Shown here: positions 1 to 8,069 of the stretch, piece after piece
Numbering within the stretch: position 1 is the stretch's first letter
Layout: every line of letters begins with the position of its first letter
NCBI GenBank assembly: GCA_945859975.1
Contig: CAMAPH010000030.1
Location: forward strand, 1 to 37,172
DNA length: 37,172 nucleotides
Origin: Chthonomonas calidirosea
GTDB taxonomy: Bacteria; Armatimonadota; Fimbriimonadia; Fimbriimonadales; Fimbriimonadaceae
Direction: 5' to 3'
Made by a program: the position numbers and the translations under genes
Notes under the pieces: model-generated
The model's database searches: none
The model's input: only the letters and a program-made list of their open reading frames with translations
What the model was told of the DNA's origin: nothing

Positions 1-124
1 CACCGAGAGGTTTGGTTGCGCATGCTTCAGAGCGACGATTGTCGGGCGCCCCGTTTAATGGGCAACGCCACTATTCCTGACGGAACAAATCGACTGATCG
101 TTGCGGCGAAGCGAAGGAGATTCG

Positions 125-751
125 ATGCTACCAGGCATTTTAGGGCGAAAAGTGGGCATGACTCACCTCTTCTCCGAGGACGGAAAAATGATTCCGGTCA
201 CGGTTTTAGAGGCTGGTCCTGTCTTCGTTACCCAAATCAAAACAGAAGAGAAAGACGGATATTCGGCAGTTCAAGTTGGCTATGAAGAGATGAGCGATAA
301 AAACCTCACCTTCCCAAAGCACGGTCACTTGAAGAAAGCCGGTTTAACAAAGAACCTTCGAACCCTGCGCGAGTTTCGACTTAGCGGCAAATCGCCGTTC
401 GAACTCGGACAGGAAATCAAGGCAGACATTTTCGCCGACGGCGAAGTGATCACGGTCACCTCCACCAGCAAAGGTAAAGGTTTCCAGGGTGGCGTCAAGC
501 GCTATCACTTCAAAGGTCAGCACATGACTCACGGTTACATGACTCACCGACGGCCGCTCTCGAGCGGTGCAACTGGTCCTCAGCGCGTCTTCAAGGGCGT
601 TCGAAAGCCAGGTCGAATGGGTACGGATACCGTTACTCAAAAGGGACTCAAGGTTGTGAAGGTCGATGCCGAGCGAAACCTCATCATGGTTAGCGGAAGC
701 GTCGCCGGACCGAACGGAGCCCTCGTCACCATCAACAAGGTGGGCAACTAA
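125..751 (+). CDS. rplC: 50S ribosomal protein L3
   Basis: GILGRKVGMT, PVTVLEAGP, SKGKGFQG motifs; ATG at 125 preceded by SD AAGGAG (114-119), preferred over the ORF-track start at 101. Confidence 0.98.
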   Translation: MLPGILGRKVGMTHLFSEDGKMIPVTVLEAGPVFVTQIKTEEKDGYSAVQVGYEEMSDKNLTFPKHGHLKKAGLTKNLRTLREFRLSGKSPFELGQEIKADIFADGEVITVTSTSKGKGFQGGVKRYHFKGQHMTHGYMTHRRPLSSGATGPQRVFKGVRKPGRMGTDTVTQKGLKVVKVDAERNLIMVSGSVAGPNGALVTINKVGN

Positions 752-1410
752 TGGCAGAACTGATTGTTAAAAGCCGCGATGGAAAAGAAGTAGGCAAGCG
801 AACGCTCTCGCCAAACTTCGATACCGTCCGCGTTAGCATGACCTCGCTTCACCGCGTGGTCGTTGCCGAAGAAGCCAACAAGCGACAAGGCACCCAGAAG
901 ACCAAGACCCGAAGTGAAGTTCGTGGTGGTGGTCGAAAGCCGTACAAGCAGAAGAAGACCGGTAACGCCCGACAGGGAACCATCCGAGCTCCTCACTATG
1001 CCCACGGTGGTATGGCTCTCGCCCTTACGCCTCGAGACTACGAAAAGAAGGTCAACAAGAAGGAGCGACGAGCTTCTATCCTTGGCGTTCTTGGCGCTCA
1101 GGCAGAAGTTGGCAACGTGACCATCATCGATTCGCTGGTGTTCGATGTTCCTCGAACCAAGGATGCAACCGCATTCCTTAAGAACCTTGGTCTCGAAGGC
1201 GCACGCCGAATCCTCATCATCCTTCCGCAGTACGACGAAGCAACTTATAAGAGCTTCCGAAACCTGCAGAACGTGGAAGTTCGAACCGCACCTACCGTCG
1301 ATCAAAGCGAAAAGAGCCAAGCGTTCTCCGCCCGAGATCTGATGGTCGCAAAGAACATCATCATCGTACAGGCAGCTCTCGATCGAATCGAGGAGGTTTG
1401 GGCTAAGTGA
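751..1410 (+). CDS. rplD: 50S ribosomal protein L4
   Basis: RQGTQKTKTRSEVRGGGRKPYKQKKTGNARQG motif; follows rplC with TAATG overlap. Confidence 0.98.
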   Translation: MAELIVKSRDGKEVGKRTLSPNFDTVRVSMTSLHRVVVAEEANKRQGTQKTKTRSEVRGGGRKPYKQKKTGNARQGTIRAPHYAHGGMALALTPRDYEKKVNKKERRASILGVLGAQAEVGNVTIIDSLVFDVPRTKDATAFLKNLGLEGARRILIILPQYDEATYKSFRNLQNVEVRTAPTVDQSEKSQAFSARDLMVAKNIIIVQAALDRIEEVWAK

Positions 1411-1751
1411 AAAATCCTTACGAAATCATCGTTCAGCCACACATCACCGAGAAGTCGGTTGAGTTGAGCTACGGCGATCCTAAGATCCGAGAAGAATCGG
1501 AATTGGTTCGCAAATACACCTTCATTGTTCAGCACACCGCGAACAAGATCGAAATCAAGAAAGCGATTGAAGCCATCTACAACGATGGTCGCCAGAAGGA
1601 TGACTCGATCGTGGTAACGAGCGTTCGAACCATGACCGTTCTCGGTAAGAAGCGACGCCGCTCCCAAAAGAGTGCCGGCTACGAGCCAGACCGAAAGAAG
1701 GCAATCGTTACTTTGAAGAAGGGGCAGTTGCTGGAGGACTACGGAGTCTAA
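1407..1751 (+). CDS. rplW: 50S ribosomal protein L23
   Basis: PHITEKS, YTFIV...[22 protein letters not shown] start; position between rplD and rplB. Confidence 0.96.
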   Translation: MKNPYEIIVQPHITEKSVELSYGDPKIREESELVRKYTFIVQHTANKIEIKKAIEAIYNDGRQKDDSIVVTSVRTMTVLGKKRRRSQKSAGYEPDRKKAIVTLKKGQLLEDYGV

Positions 1752-1752
1752 G

Positions 1753-2586
1753 ATGCCGACCAAACAGTACAAACCAACATCGCCTGGCCGACGCCATATG
1801 ATCGGCGCGGATTACTCCGAGGTTACAAAATCGAAGCCAGAGAAAAGCTTAACGAAAGCTAAGCCAAAGTCTGGTGGACGTAACCACTTCGGACGAATCA
1901 CGTCGTTCAACCGTGGCGGCGGTAACAAGCAGCGATACCGAATCATCGACTTCAAGCGAACGAAGGACGAAGTGAAGGCGAAGGTCGCCGCGATCGAATA
2001 CGATCCGAACCGAACTTGCCGAATTGCTCTTCTTCACTATCTTGATGGAGAAAAGCGATACATCCTCGCTCCAAAGGGCCTCGAAGTTGGCACTCTGGTG
2101 GAAAGCGGCGCACAGGCAGACATTCTGCCCGGCAACGCACTTCCGTTGAAGAACATTCCGTTGGGAACCCTGGTTCACAACGTTGAGCTTCAGCCAAACA
2201 AGGGCGGCCAGATGGTTCGATCTGCCGGAGCATCCGCACAGGTTATGGCGAAGGAAGGCATGTATGTCACCCTTCGACTTCCAAGCGGAGAAATGCGAAT
2301 GGTCCACAACACTTGCCGCGCAACGGTAGGAGAAGTGGGTAACGCAGAGCACGAGAACGAAGCACTGGGTAAAGCCGGTAAAGCTCGAGGCCTTGGCCGA
2401 AAGCCACACGTTCGTGGTGTCGTTAAGAGCCCACGAGACCACCCACACGGTGGTGGTGAAGCCAAGTCGCCGGTTGGACGAAAGAAGGGTCCAGTCGACC
2501 GATGGGGCAACAAGTCTTTGGGCGAAAAAACCCGAAGCAACAAGCGAACGGACAAGTTCATTGTTCGACGCCGCGACAAGAAGTAA
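1753..2586 (+). CDS. rplB: 50S ribosomal protein L2
   Basis: [24 protein letters not shown] motifs. Confidence 0.99.
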   Translation: MPTKQYKPTSPGRRHMIGADYSEVTKSKPEKSLTKAKPKSGGRNHFGRITSFNRGGGNKQRYRIIDFKRTKDEVKAKVAAIEYDPNRTCRIALLHYLDGEKRYILAPKGLEVGTLVESGAQADILPGNALPLKNIPLGTLVHNVELQPNKGGQMVRSAGASAQVMAKEGMYVTLRLPSGEMRMVHNTCRATVGEVGNAEHENEALGKAGKARGLGRKPHVRGVVKSPRDHPHGGGEAKSPVGRKKGPVDRWGNKSLGEKTRSNKRTDKFIVRRRDKK

Positions 2587-2604
2587 AGTCGCGAAAACAA
2601 AGAT

Positions 2605-2642
2605 GGAGACCACGATTGCTCGTGGTCTCCTTCTTGTTGTTT
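2605..2642 (+). terminator. Intrinsic terminator-like hairpin after rplB
   Basis: Perfect 11-bp stem GGAGACCACGA(2605-2615)-TTGC-TCGTGGTCTCC(2620-2630) followed by T-rich TTCTTGTTGTTT; A-rich 5' flank. Confidence 0.75.
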
Positions 2643-2718
2643 AGAGGGTGCCAATTTCCGATATCTCCAGGGAATTCTTGGCTCTCAGCGCAACCATAAA
2701 CCGGCGCGGACAGTCAGG

Positions 2719-2748
2719 TTGCATTAGATACACAAGGTTGGGTACCAT
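2719..2748 (+). promoter_or_regulatory. Putative sigma70-type internal promoter for rpsS-rplE
   Basis: TTGCAT(2719-2724)-18 nt-TACCAT(2743-2748) in the 252-nt rplB-rpsS gap, downstream of the terminator. Confidence 0.55.
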
Positions 2749-2838
2749 TCCTGTTTGTGCCCGACCGAGATTAGGGATTAGGCACCGATTAACTTGTCTC
2801 AGCAGTATTTTCGCCGCTGAGATTAATAACGGAGGAAT

Positions 2839-3126
2839 ATGGCAAGAAGTTTAAAAAAAGGTTACTTCGTTGACGATCACCTGCTAAACAAGGTGGTCCT
2901 GCTCAACGAAAAGGACGAAAAGCGACTCATCAAGACATGGAGTCGACGATCGACAATCATTCCCGATTTCATTGGACACACCTTTGCGGTGCACGATGGA
3001 CGGAAGCACGTGCCCGTGTTTGTTACCGAAAATATGATCGGTCACAAGCTCGGTGAATTTGCGCCAACGCGAACCTATAAGGGTCACGCCGGCGGCCTCC
3101 CAGAGCGAGGAGTGAAACTCCGCTAA
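2839..3126 (+). CDS. rpsS: 30S ribosomal protein S19
   Basis: [32 protein letters not shown] at 2831-2836. Confidence 0.99.
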   Translation: MARSLKKGYFVDDHLLNKVVLLNEKDEKRLIKTWSRRSTIIPDFIGHTFAVHDGRKHVPVFVTENMIGHKLGEFAPTRTYKGHAGGLPERGVKLR

Positions 3127-3140
3127 GAGGAGGGGAAATC

Positions 3141-3740
3141 ATGGAAGTTCGAGCAGTTGCAAAATTTATCCGGGTACAGCCACGAAAAGTCCGGCTCGTT
3201 GCCCGCGAAGTCCGAGGAGCGCCCGCTGCGCTCGCGGCCCACAAGCTTCGATTCCACCCAAGCAAGGGTGCGAAGGCTCTGCACAAGGTTCTGGTTTCGG
3301 CCATGGCCAACGCCCAGGAGAATCACGGCATTAGCCCTGACTTGCTCCGCATTTCGAACATTGCTGTAGACGAAGGTCCGCACATGAAGCGAATGCAGGC
3401 CCGCGCAATGGGTCGAGGCAATCGAATCCTTAAGAAGACCAGCCACATCACCGTGACGGTTGAGGATTACGATGGCGAGCAGACCGTTAAGCCGCACGGC
3501 ACCAAGGCCAAGCCGCGACCAACTCTGGCCGGCAAGCGTGGCAAGAAGGGATCTGCACCAGCAGCTCCAGAAGCGGCCGCCCCAGTAGCCGAAGTGGTTG
3601 AGGAAGTCACAACGCCGGAAATCACCAGCGAGGAAGTCACCGAAGTTGTGGAGTCCGTCGAAGTGACGCAAGCCGCCGCTGAAACTGAAGCCGCCGCAGA
3701 AGCCACCCCGGCACCGACCGAAGAAGGAGAGAACAAGTAA
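3141..3740 (+). CDS. rplV: 50S ribosomal protein L22 with long C-terminal extension
   Basis: PRKVRLVA, SAMANA, ARAMGRGNRILKKTSHITV; followed by ~90 aa basic then Glu/Ala/Thr-rich tail. Confidence 0.97.
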   Translation: MEVRAVAKFIRVQPRKVRLVAREVRGAPAALAAHKLRFHPSKGAKALHKVLVSAMANAQENHGISPDLLRISNIAVDEGPHMKRMQARAMGRGNRILKKTSHITVTVEDYDGEQTVKPHGTKAKPRPTLAGKRGKKGSAPAAPEAAAPVAEVVEEVTTPEITSEEVTEVVESVEVTQAAAETEAAAEATPAPTEEGENK

Positions 3741-4555
3741 TGGGTCAGAAAATCCATCCAGTCGGCCTTCGCGTCGGCGTAATTCGTGGTTTCGATTCGA
3801 ACTGGTACTACGGAAAGAAAGGCTACGCAGCCGCCCTTCTGCAGGACCACCGAATCCGTGAGTTCATCAAGATGCGAACCGGTCTTGGCATCGTTAGCCG
3901 AGTTGAGATCGAGCGAGCAGCCAATCGAGTTAAGGTGAACGTATTCACTTCTCGCCCAGGTGCCATCATCGGCCGCGGCGGGAAGGGAATCGACGAGCTT
4001 TCCTATATCCTGAACAAGCTGGTCCGCCAAGGCGACCCAACGAGCATGGTTCAGGTGAACGTTACGGAAGTTCGCCAGCCAGAACTCGACGCTCAGCTGG
4101 TTGCAGAGAACATCGCTGCTCAGCTTGAAAAGCGAGTCAGCCACCGACGAGCCATGCGACAGGCCATGACCCGAGTCACCCGAATGAACGGACGAGGAAT
4201 CAAGGTTCTCATCTCCGGTCGATTGAACGGTTCGGAAATTGCACGATCGGAAGGCGACAAGCTCGGAAAGATTCCACTCCACACGATTCGAGCCGATATT
4301 GATTACGGCCTTGCCGTCGCAAAGACCATCTACGGAACGGTCGGAGTTAAGGTTTGGATCTACAAGGGTGAAGTTCTTCCGGAGCGACGCATGCGAGAGC
4401 TTGCTGAAGGTCCACGTGAAGAGCGACGCGAACGACGACCACGGCGCGAAGACGGAGATCGAGAGCGACGACCGTTCTCGCGAACCCGAGACGAGAACGC
4501 GCCAGCCCAAGACCAAGGAGCAGCACCGGCTGCAAATCCTGGAGGTGAAGCCTAA
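3740..4555 (+). CDS. rpsC: 30S ribosomal protein S3
   Basis: [25 protein letters not shown] motif, [21 protein letters not shown]. Confidence 0.99.
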   Translation: MGQKIHPVGLRVGVIRGFDSNWYYGKKGYAAALLQDHRIREFIKMRTGLGIVSRVEIERAANRVKVNVFTSRPGAIIGRGGKGIDELSYILNKLVRQGDPTSMVQVNVTEVRQPELDAQLVAENIAAQLEKRVSHRRAMRQAMTRVTRMNGRGIKVLISGRLNGSEIARSEGDKLGKIPLHTIRADIDYGLAVAKTIYGTVGVKVWIYKGEVLPERRMRELAEGPREERRERRPRREDGDRERRPFSRTRDENAPAQDQGAAPAANPGGEA

Positions 4556-5184
4556 TGTTAATGCCAAAGCGAGTTAAAGGTAACCGACGAAAGATGCACC
4601 GAGGACGCATGTGCGGCCGGGCAAATCGCGGTAACACCATCGCCTTCGGCGATTACGCGATAGTGTCGCAGGATCCACAGTGGGTCACCAGCCGACAGAT
4701 CGAAGCCGCTCGAATTGCCATGACCCGCCACATCAAGCGAGGCGGAAAAGTCTGGATTCGAATCTTCCCAGATAAGTCCTACACCAAGAAGCCACTCGAA
4801 ACCCGAATGGGTAAGGGTAAGGCGCCGATCGAAGGCTGGGTAGCCGTCGTGAAGCCAGGCCGAGTCCTGTTCGAAATGGCGGGCCCTCCGCTTGAAGTGG
4901 CGAAGGAAGCCATGCGACTTGCGATCTTCAAGCTGCCAATGCGCTGTAAGTTCATGACCAAAGCCGACATGGCGAAGGACTTGGCAATGCGCGGCGGACA
5001 GCGGACCCTGAAGGCAGTGAAGACGGCGGAAGTCGTTGAAGCTGAACCCCTAGGACTCGAAGTGACCGACGTGAACGTAACCGAAACCACCGCGTTCCCG
5101 ACCGAAATCTTGGAAGCCGTAGAAGCTACGGAAGCCATGGAAACGGTTGAATCGACGGAAACCACGGAGACCACCGAAGAATGA
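4555..5184 (+). CDS. rplP: 50S ribosomal protein L16 with acidic C-terminal extension
   Basis: [30 protein letters not shown]; ~70 aa extra C-terminal tail. Confidence 0.98.
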   Translation: MLMPKRVKGNRRKMHRGRMCGRANRGNTIAFGDYAIVSQDPQWVTSRQIEAARIAMTRHIKRGGKVWIRIFPDKSYTKKPLETRMGKGKAPIEGWVAVVKPGRVLFEMAGPPLEVAKEAMRLAIFKLPMRCKFMTKADMAKDLAMRGGQRTLKAVKTAEVVEAEPLGLEVTDVNVTETTAFPTEILEAVEATEAMETVESTETTETTEE

Positions 5185-5393
5185 AAGAAACGAAAGCACC
5201 TGATCTCCGAGAGAAGTCGGTTCCAGAGCTTGAAGAGTTGATTCGCCAAGAGCGAATCAACCTCTACAACGCTCGCCGCGACCTGGTTTTCCGTCGCGTT
5301 ACCGATACGACCAGCTTGAAGGCCCGACGACATAACATCGCTCGGATGCTCACGATCATCACCGAGAAGAAGCGAGGAAATGCGAATGGCTGA
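5181..5393 (+). CDS. rpmC: 50S ribosomal protein L29
   Basis: [10 protein letters not shown]...[11 protein letters not shown]; position between rplP and rpsQ. Confidence 0.95.
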   Translation: MKETKAPDLREKSVPELEELIRQERINLYNARRDLVFRRVTDTTSLKARRHNIARMLTIITEKKRGNANG

Positions 5394-5688
5394 AGAAACC
5401 CCACAGGTAGAAACCACTGAGGTTGCGGAAGTTACGGAAGAGCGAGGCCGACGTAAAGTCCGCCGAGGCATCGTAACCTCTAGCAAGATGGAGAAGACGG
5501 CCGTCGTCCGCGTCACCCGACGTGTGCAGCACCCGCTGTACGGCAAAGTCGTTATCCGATCCGAGAAATTTAAGGCTCACGACTTGCTGGGCTGCGACGA
5601 AGGAGACACTGTCGAGATTATGGAAACTCGCCCGCTTTCGAAAGAAAAGCGATGGCGCGTTACCCGAATCCTCGAGAAGGTCAAGTAA
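5386..5688 (+). CDS. rpsQ: 30S ribosomal protein S17
   Basis: [28 protein letters not shown] 5386 is better spaced from GAGGA than ATG 5380. Confidence 0.96.
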   Translation: MAEETPQVETTEVAEVTEERGRRKVRRGIVTSSKMEKTAVVRVTRRVQHPLYGKVVIRSEKFKAHDLLGCDEGDTVEIMETRPLSKEKRWRVTRILEKVK

Positions 5689-5769
5689 CCCAACGGGGCC
5701 AACTTTGGCCCCAAACCATCCACGCCCACCTCGATTGTTCGAGACGGCCTCTGGAATTGGAGCAAACCG

Positions 5770-6141
5770 ATGATTCAGCAATTTACAAGATTAAAAGTCG
5801 CCGACAACAGCGGCGCACGCGATGTCATGTGCATCCGCGTCCTCAAGGGCTCCCAGCCGCGATATGGCCGAATCGGCGATGTGATCGTAGCTTCCGTTAA
5901 GGTTGCAACGCCAAACATGCCGGTTAAGAAGGGAGAAGTCATCAAGGCCGTTATCGTTCGAACCAAGCGACCGGTTCGACGCCGCGATGGCAGCACCCTA
6001 CGGTTCGATGAAAACGCTTGCGTTGTCATCAACCCCGCAAACCTGGAACCACGAGGTACCCGAATCTTCGGACCAGTGGCCCGAGAACTTCGCGATAAGA
6101 ACTTCATGAAGATCGTATCGCTGGCACCGGAGGTGCTGTAA
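5770..6141 (+). CDS. rplN: 50S ribosomal protein L14
   Basis: [34 protein letters not shown]. Confidence 0.99.
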   Translation: MIQQFTRLKVADNSGARDVMCIRVLKGSQPRYGRIGDVIVASVKVATPNMPVKKGEVIKAVIVRTKRPVRRRDGSTLRFDENACVVINPANLEPRGTRIFGPVARELRDKNFMKIVSLAPEVL

Positions 6142-6143
6142 AC

Positions 6144-6557
6144 ATGCCAACCAAAGCAGAATTTAAGGCAATGAAGAAGAAGCCGATCAAGCTGAAACTT
6201 CGACGCGGAGACAAGGTAGTTGTCATCGCTGGGAAGGATAAGGGAGAAACCGGTTTCATCGCGGCGATTTCGCCACGAGAACAAAAGGCGATCATCCTCA
6301 AGGAGAACGCGGAGAACCCAGAGCAGCCGCTACCTTTGAACGTTGCGATCAAGCACCGAAAGGCGAAGACGCAGCAGGAGCGATCGGCTCGAGTTAAGAT
6401 TCCAATGCCAATCCACGTGAGCAACCTAATGCTCCTGGACCCTAAGACAAACGAACCAACGCGAGTTGGACGACGCGTCGAAGACGGCAAGATCCTTCGG
6501 TACGGAAAGAAGTCGGGCGAATTGATCCCTGACCAAAAGCTTCCTGGCGAAGCCTGA
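6144..6557 (+). CDS. rplX: 50S ribosomal protein L24
   Basis: [16 protein letters not shown] motif, [14 protein letters not shown]. Confidence 0.97.
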   Translation: MPTKAEFKAMKKKPIKLKLRRGDKVVVIAGKDKGETGFIAAISPREQKAIILKENAENPEQPLPLNVAIKHRKAKTQQERSARVKIPMPIHVSNLMLLDPKTNEPTRVGRRVEDGKILRYGKKSGELIPDQKLPGEA

Positions 6558-6596
6558 TAACAAAGTAGGGCCTGGTCAGCAATCAGGCAAAGAACA

Positions 6597-7193
6597 ATGG
6601 CAAGAAAAGCAAAAGAAGAAACATCGACTTTGGTTGCGGGATCTCTCCCGAAGCCACGAATCCGGGCTAAGTACAAGGACGAAGTCGTGCCTAAGATGCG
6701 CGAGCAGTTCAAGTACAAGTCTGTGATGCAGGTTCCACGACTCGAAAAGATCGTGATCAACATGGGTACCGGCGCATCGGACAAAGATCCGAAGCACCTT
6801 GAGAACTCCATGCGAGACATGGCACTTATCGCCGGCCAAAAGCCAGTCTCAACCGTCGCAAAGAAAGCCGTTTCGAACTTTAAGATTCGAGAAGGGCTCA
6901 AGGTCGGCTGCAAAGTCACCCTCCGCGGCGACAGCATGTACCACTTCTTCGACCGACTGGTCACCGTGGTTCTTCCGCGAATCCGAGACTTCCAGGGCGT
7001 CTCGCCGAAGTCATTCGACGGTCGCGGCAACTACGCGATGGGTCTGAAAGAGCAGTTGGTCTTCCCAGAAATCTCCTACGACACCTTCGACCGAATCCGC
7101 GGTATGGATATCATCATCTGCACCACCGCCGGTACGGACGAGGAAGCCCGAGCCTTCCTGAAGGCCATGGGCCTTCCACTTCGCGAGAAGTGA
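6597..7193 (+). CDS. rplE: 50S ribosomal protein L5
   Basis: [38 protein letters not shown]. Confidence 0.99.
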   Translation: MARKAKEETSTLVAGSLPKPRIRAKYKDEVVPKMREQFKYKSVMQVPRLEKIVINMGTGASDKDPKHLENSMRDMALIAGQKPVSTVAKKAVSNFKIREGLKVGCKVTLRGDSMYHFFDRLVTVVLPRIRDFQGVSPKSFDGRGNYAMGLKEQLVFPEISYDTFDRIRGMDIIICTTAGTDEEARAFLKAMGLPLREK

Positions 7194-7210
7194 GGAGCTA
7201 ATTCATCTAA

Positions 7211-7246
7211 GGCGCGCCCCAATTCTGGGGCGCGCCTTTTTTGTTT
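7211..7246 (+). terminator. Rho-independent terminator ending the r-protein cluster after rplE
   Basis: GGCGCGCCCCA(7211-7221)-ATTC-TGGGGCGCGCC(7226-7236) + TTTTTTGTTT. Confidence 0.92.
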
Positions 7247-7293
7247 GAAGAATTTCTCCGACGCTTGGGTCTAGAGTACGTGGAGCGATTCTT

Positions 7294-7806
7294 ATGTCGC
7301 TAGTTTTCCAGGCCATGCACGCCGTCTCCGGCCTCTTTGCGCGGGCGAAGCGTTCGGAGGATGTTGTCAATGCCTTCCTGCAGAACGAGCGGCCTTGGAT
7401 GTATCGACTCGCGCTCAGCATCACCCAGCGGCCAGACTTGGCCGAGGACGTCGTGCAGGAGACCCTGATTCGATGCTGGCGATCGACCAAGAAGCTGACC
7501 ACGGTCAATGATCTTAAGGCTTGGTGTCGTCAGGTTCTGGTCCGAAGAGCCATCACGGCCCTAAAGGCCCAGGATTCAAGCGAACTGCCAGACATTGAGG
7601 TCCCAAGTCAAGTTGACCGGCAAGTGAGTGTTCGCTTAGTACTGGAGTCTCTCCCGACAGAATCACGCGCCATTCTGGCTCTGTCCTACTTTGAAGGTCT
7701 GTCCTACCAAGAGATTTCCGATACGCTCGAAATTCCAGCAGGGACCGTCGCCAGCCGGCTCAACACAGCCCGAGAAAGATTCCGCGATGCTTGGGAGGCG
7801 AAATGA
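7294..7806 (+). CDS. ECF (sigma-24 family) RNA polymerase sigma factor
   Basis: Region 2 AEDVVQETLIRCW, region 4 LSYFEGLSYQEISDTLEIPAGTVASRLNTAR. Confidence 0.93.
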   Translation: MSLVFQAMHAVSGLFARAKRSEDVVNAFLQNERPWMYRLALSITQRPDLAEDVVQETLIRCWRSTKKLTTVNDLKAWCRQVLVRRAITALKAQDSSELPDIEVPSQVDRQVSVRLVLESLPTESRAILALSYFEGLSYQEISDTLEIPAGTVASRLNTARERFRDAWEAK

Positions 7807-8069
7807 AAGATCCGCTAGAGCAATTCTACGAGCAGTTTCACGACGCCGAAGTGCCAGCTCGATTGGTGCACATTGATGTTCCCATGCTTGAAAAGCGCCG
7901 AACGGTACGAGAACTTTCCGTATGGATGACGGCTTTCGTTCTTACGTGGGTGTGTACAAGCGCACCAACCTGGACCGCCGTTTCCGTTCAGCCCACCTTC
8001 GCCTGGACCTCAGTTCTGAGCCGACAACTTGAGCCGATGGCATCACTTGAGGCGGAGGTAGGGAAGTGA
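7803..8069 (+). CDS. Small single-TM protein, probable anti-sigma factor
   Basis: ATGA overlap with ECF stop; 88 aa; one hydrophobic stretch (SVWMTAFVLTWVC); position is typical of anti-sigma genes. Confidence 0.6.
   Translation: MKDPLEQFYEQFHDAEVPARLVHIDVPMLEKRRTVRELSVWMTAFVLTWVCTSAPTWTAVSVQPTFAWTSVLSRQLEPMASLEAEVGK

Noticed and set aside
2648..2854. 68-aa ORF in the rplB-rpsS gap
   Set aside because: No SD, atypical composition, and it spans the predicted promoter and leader.
344..7030. Long antisense ORFs over the r-protein genes (e.g. 748-1320, 1849-2613, 3467-4567, 6104-7030)
   Set aside because: Shadow frames of strongly codon-biased genes; no recognisable motifs or start signals.
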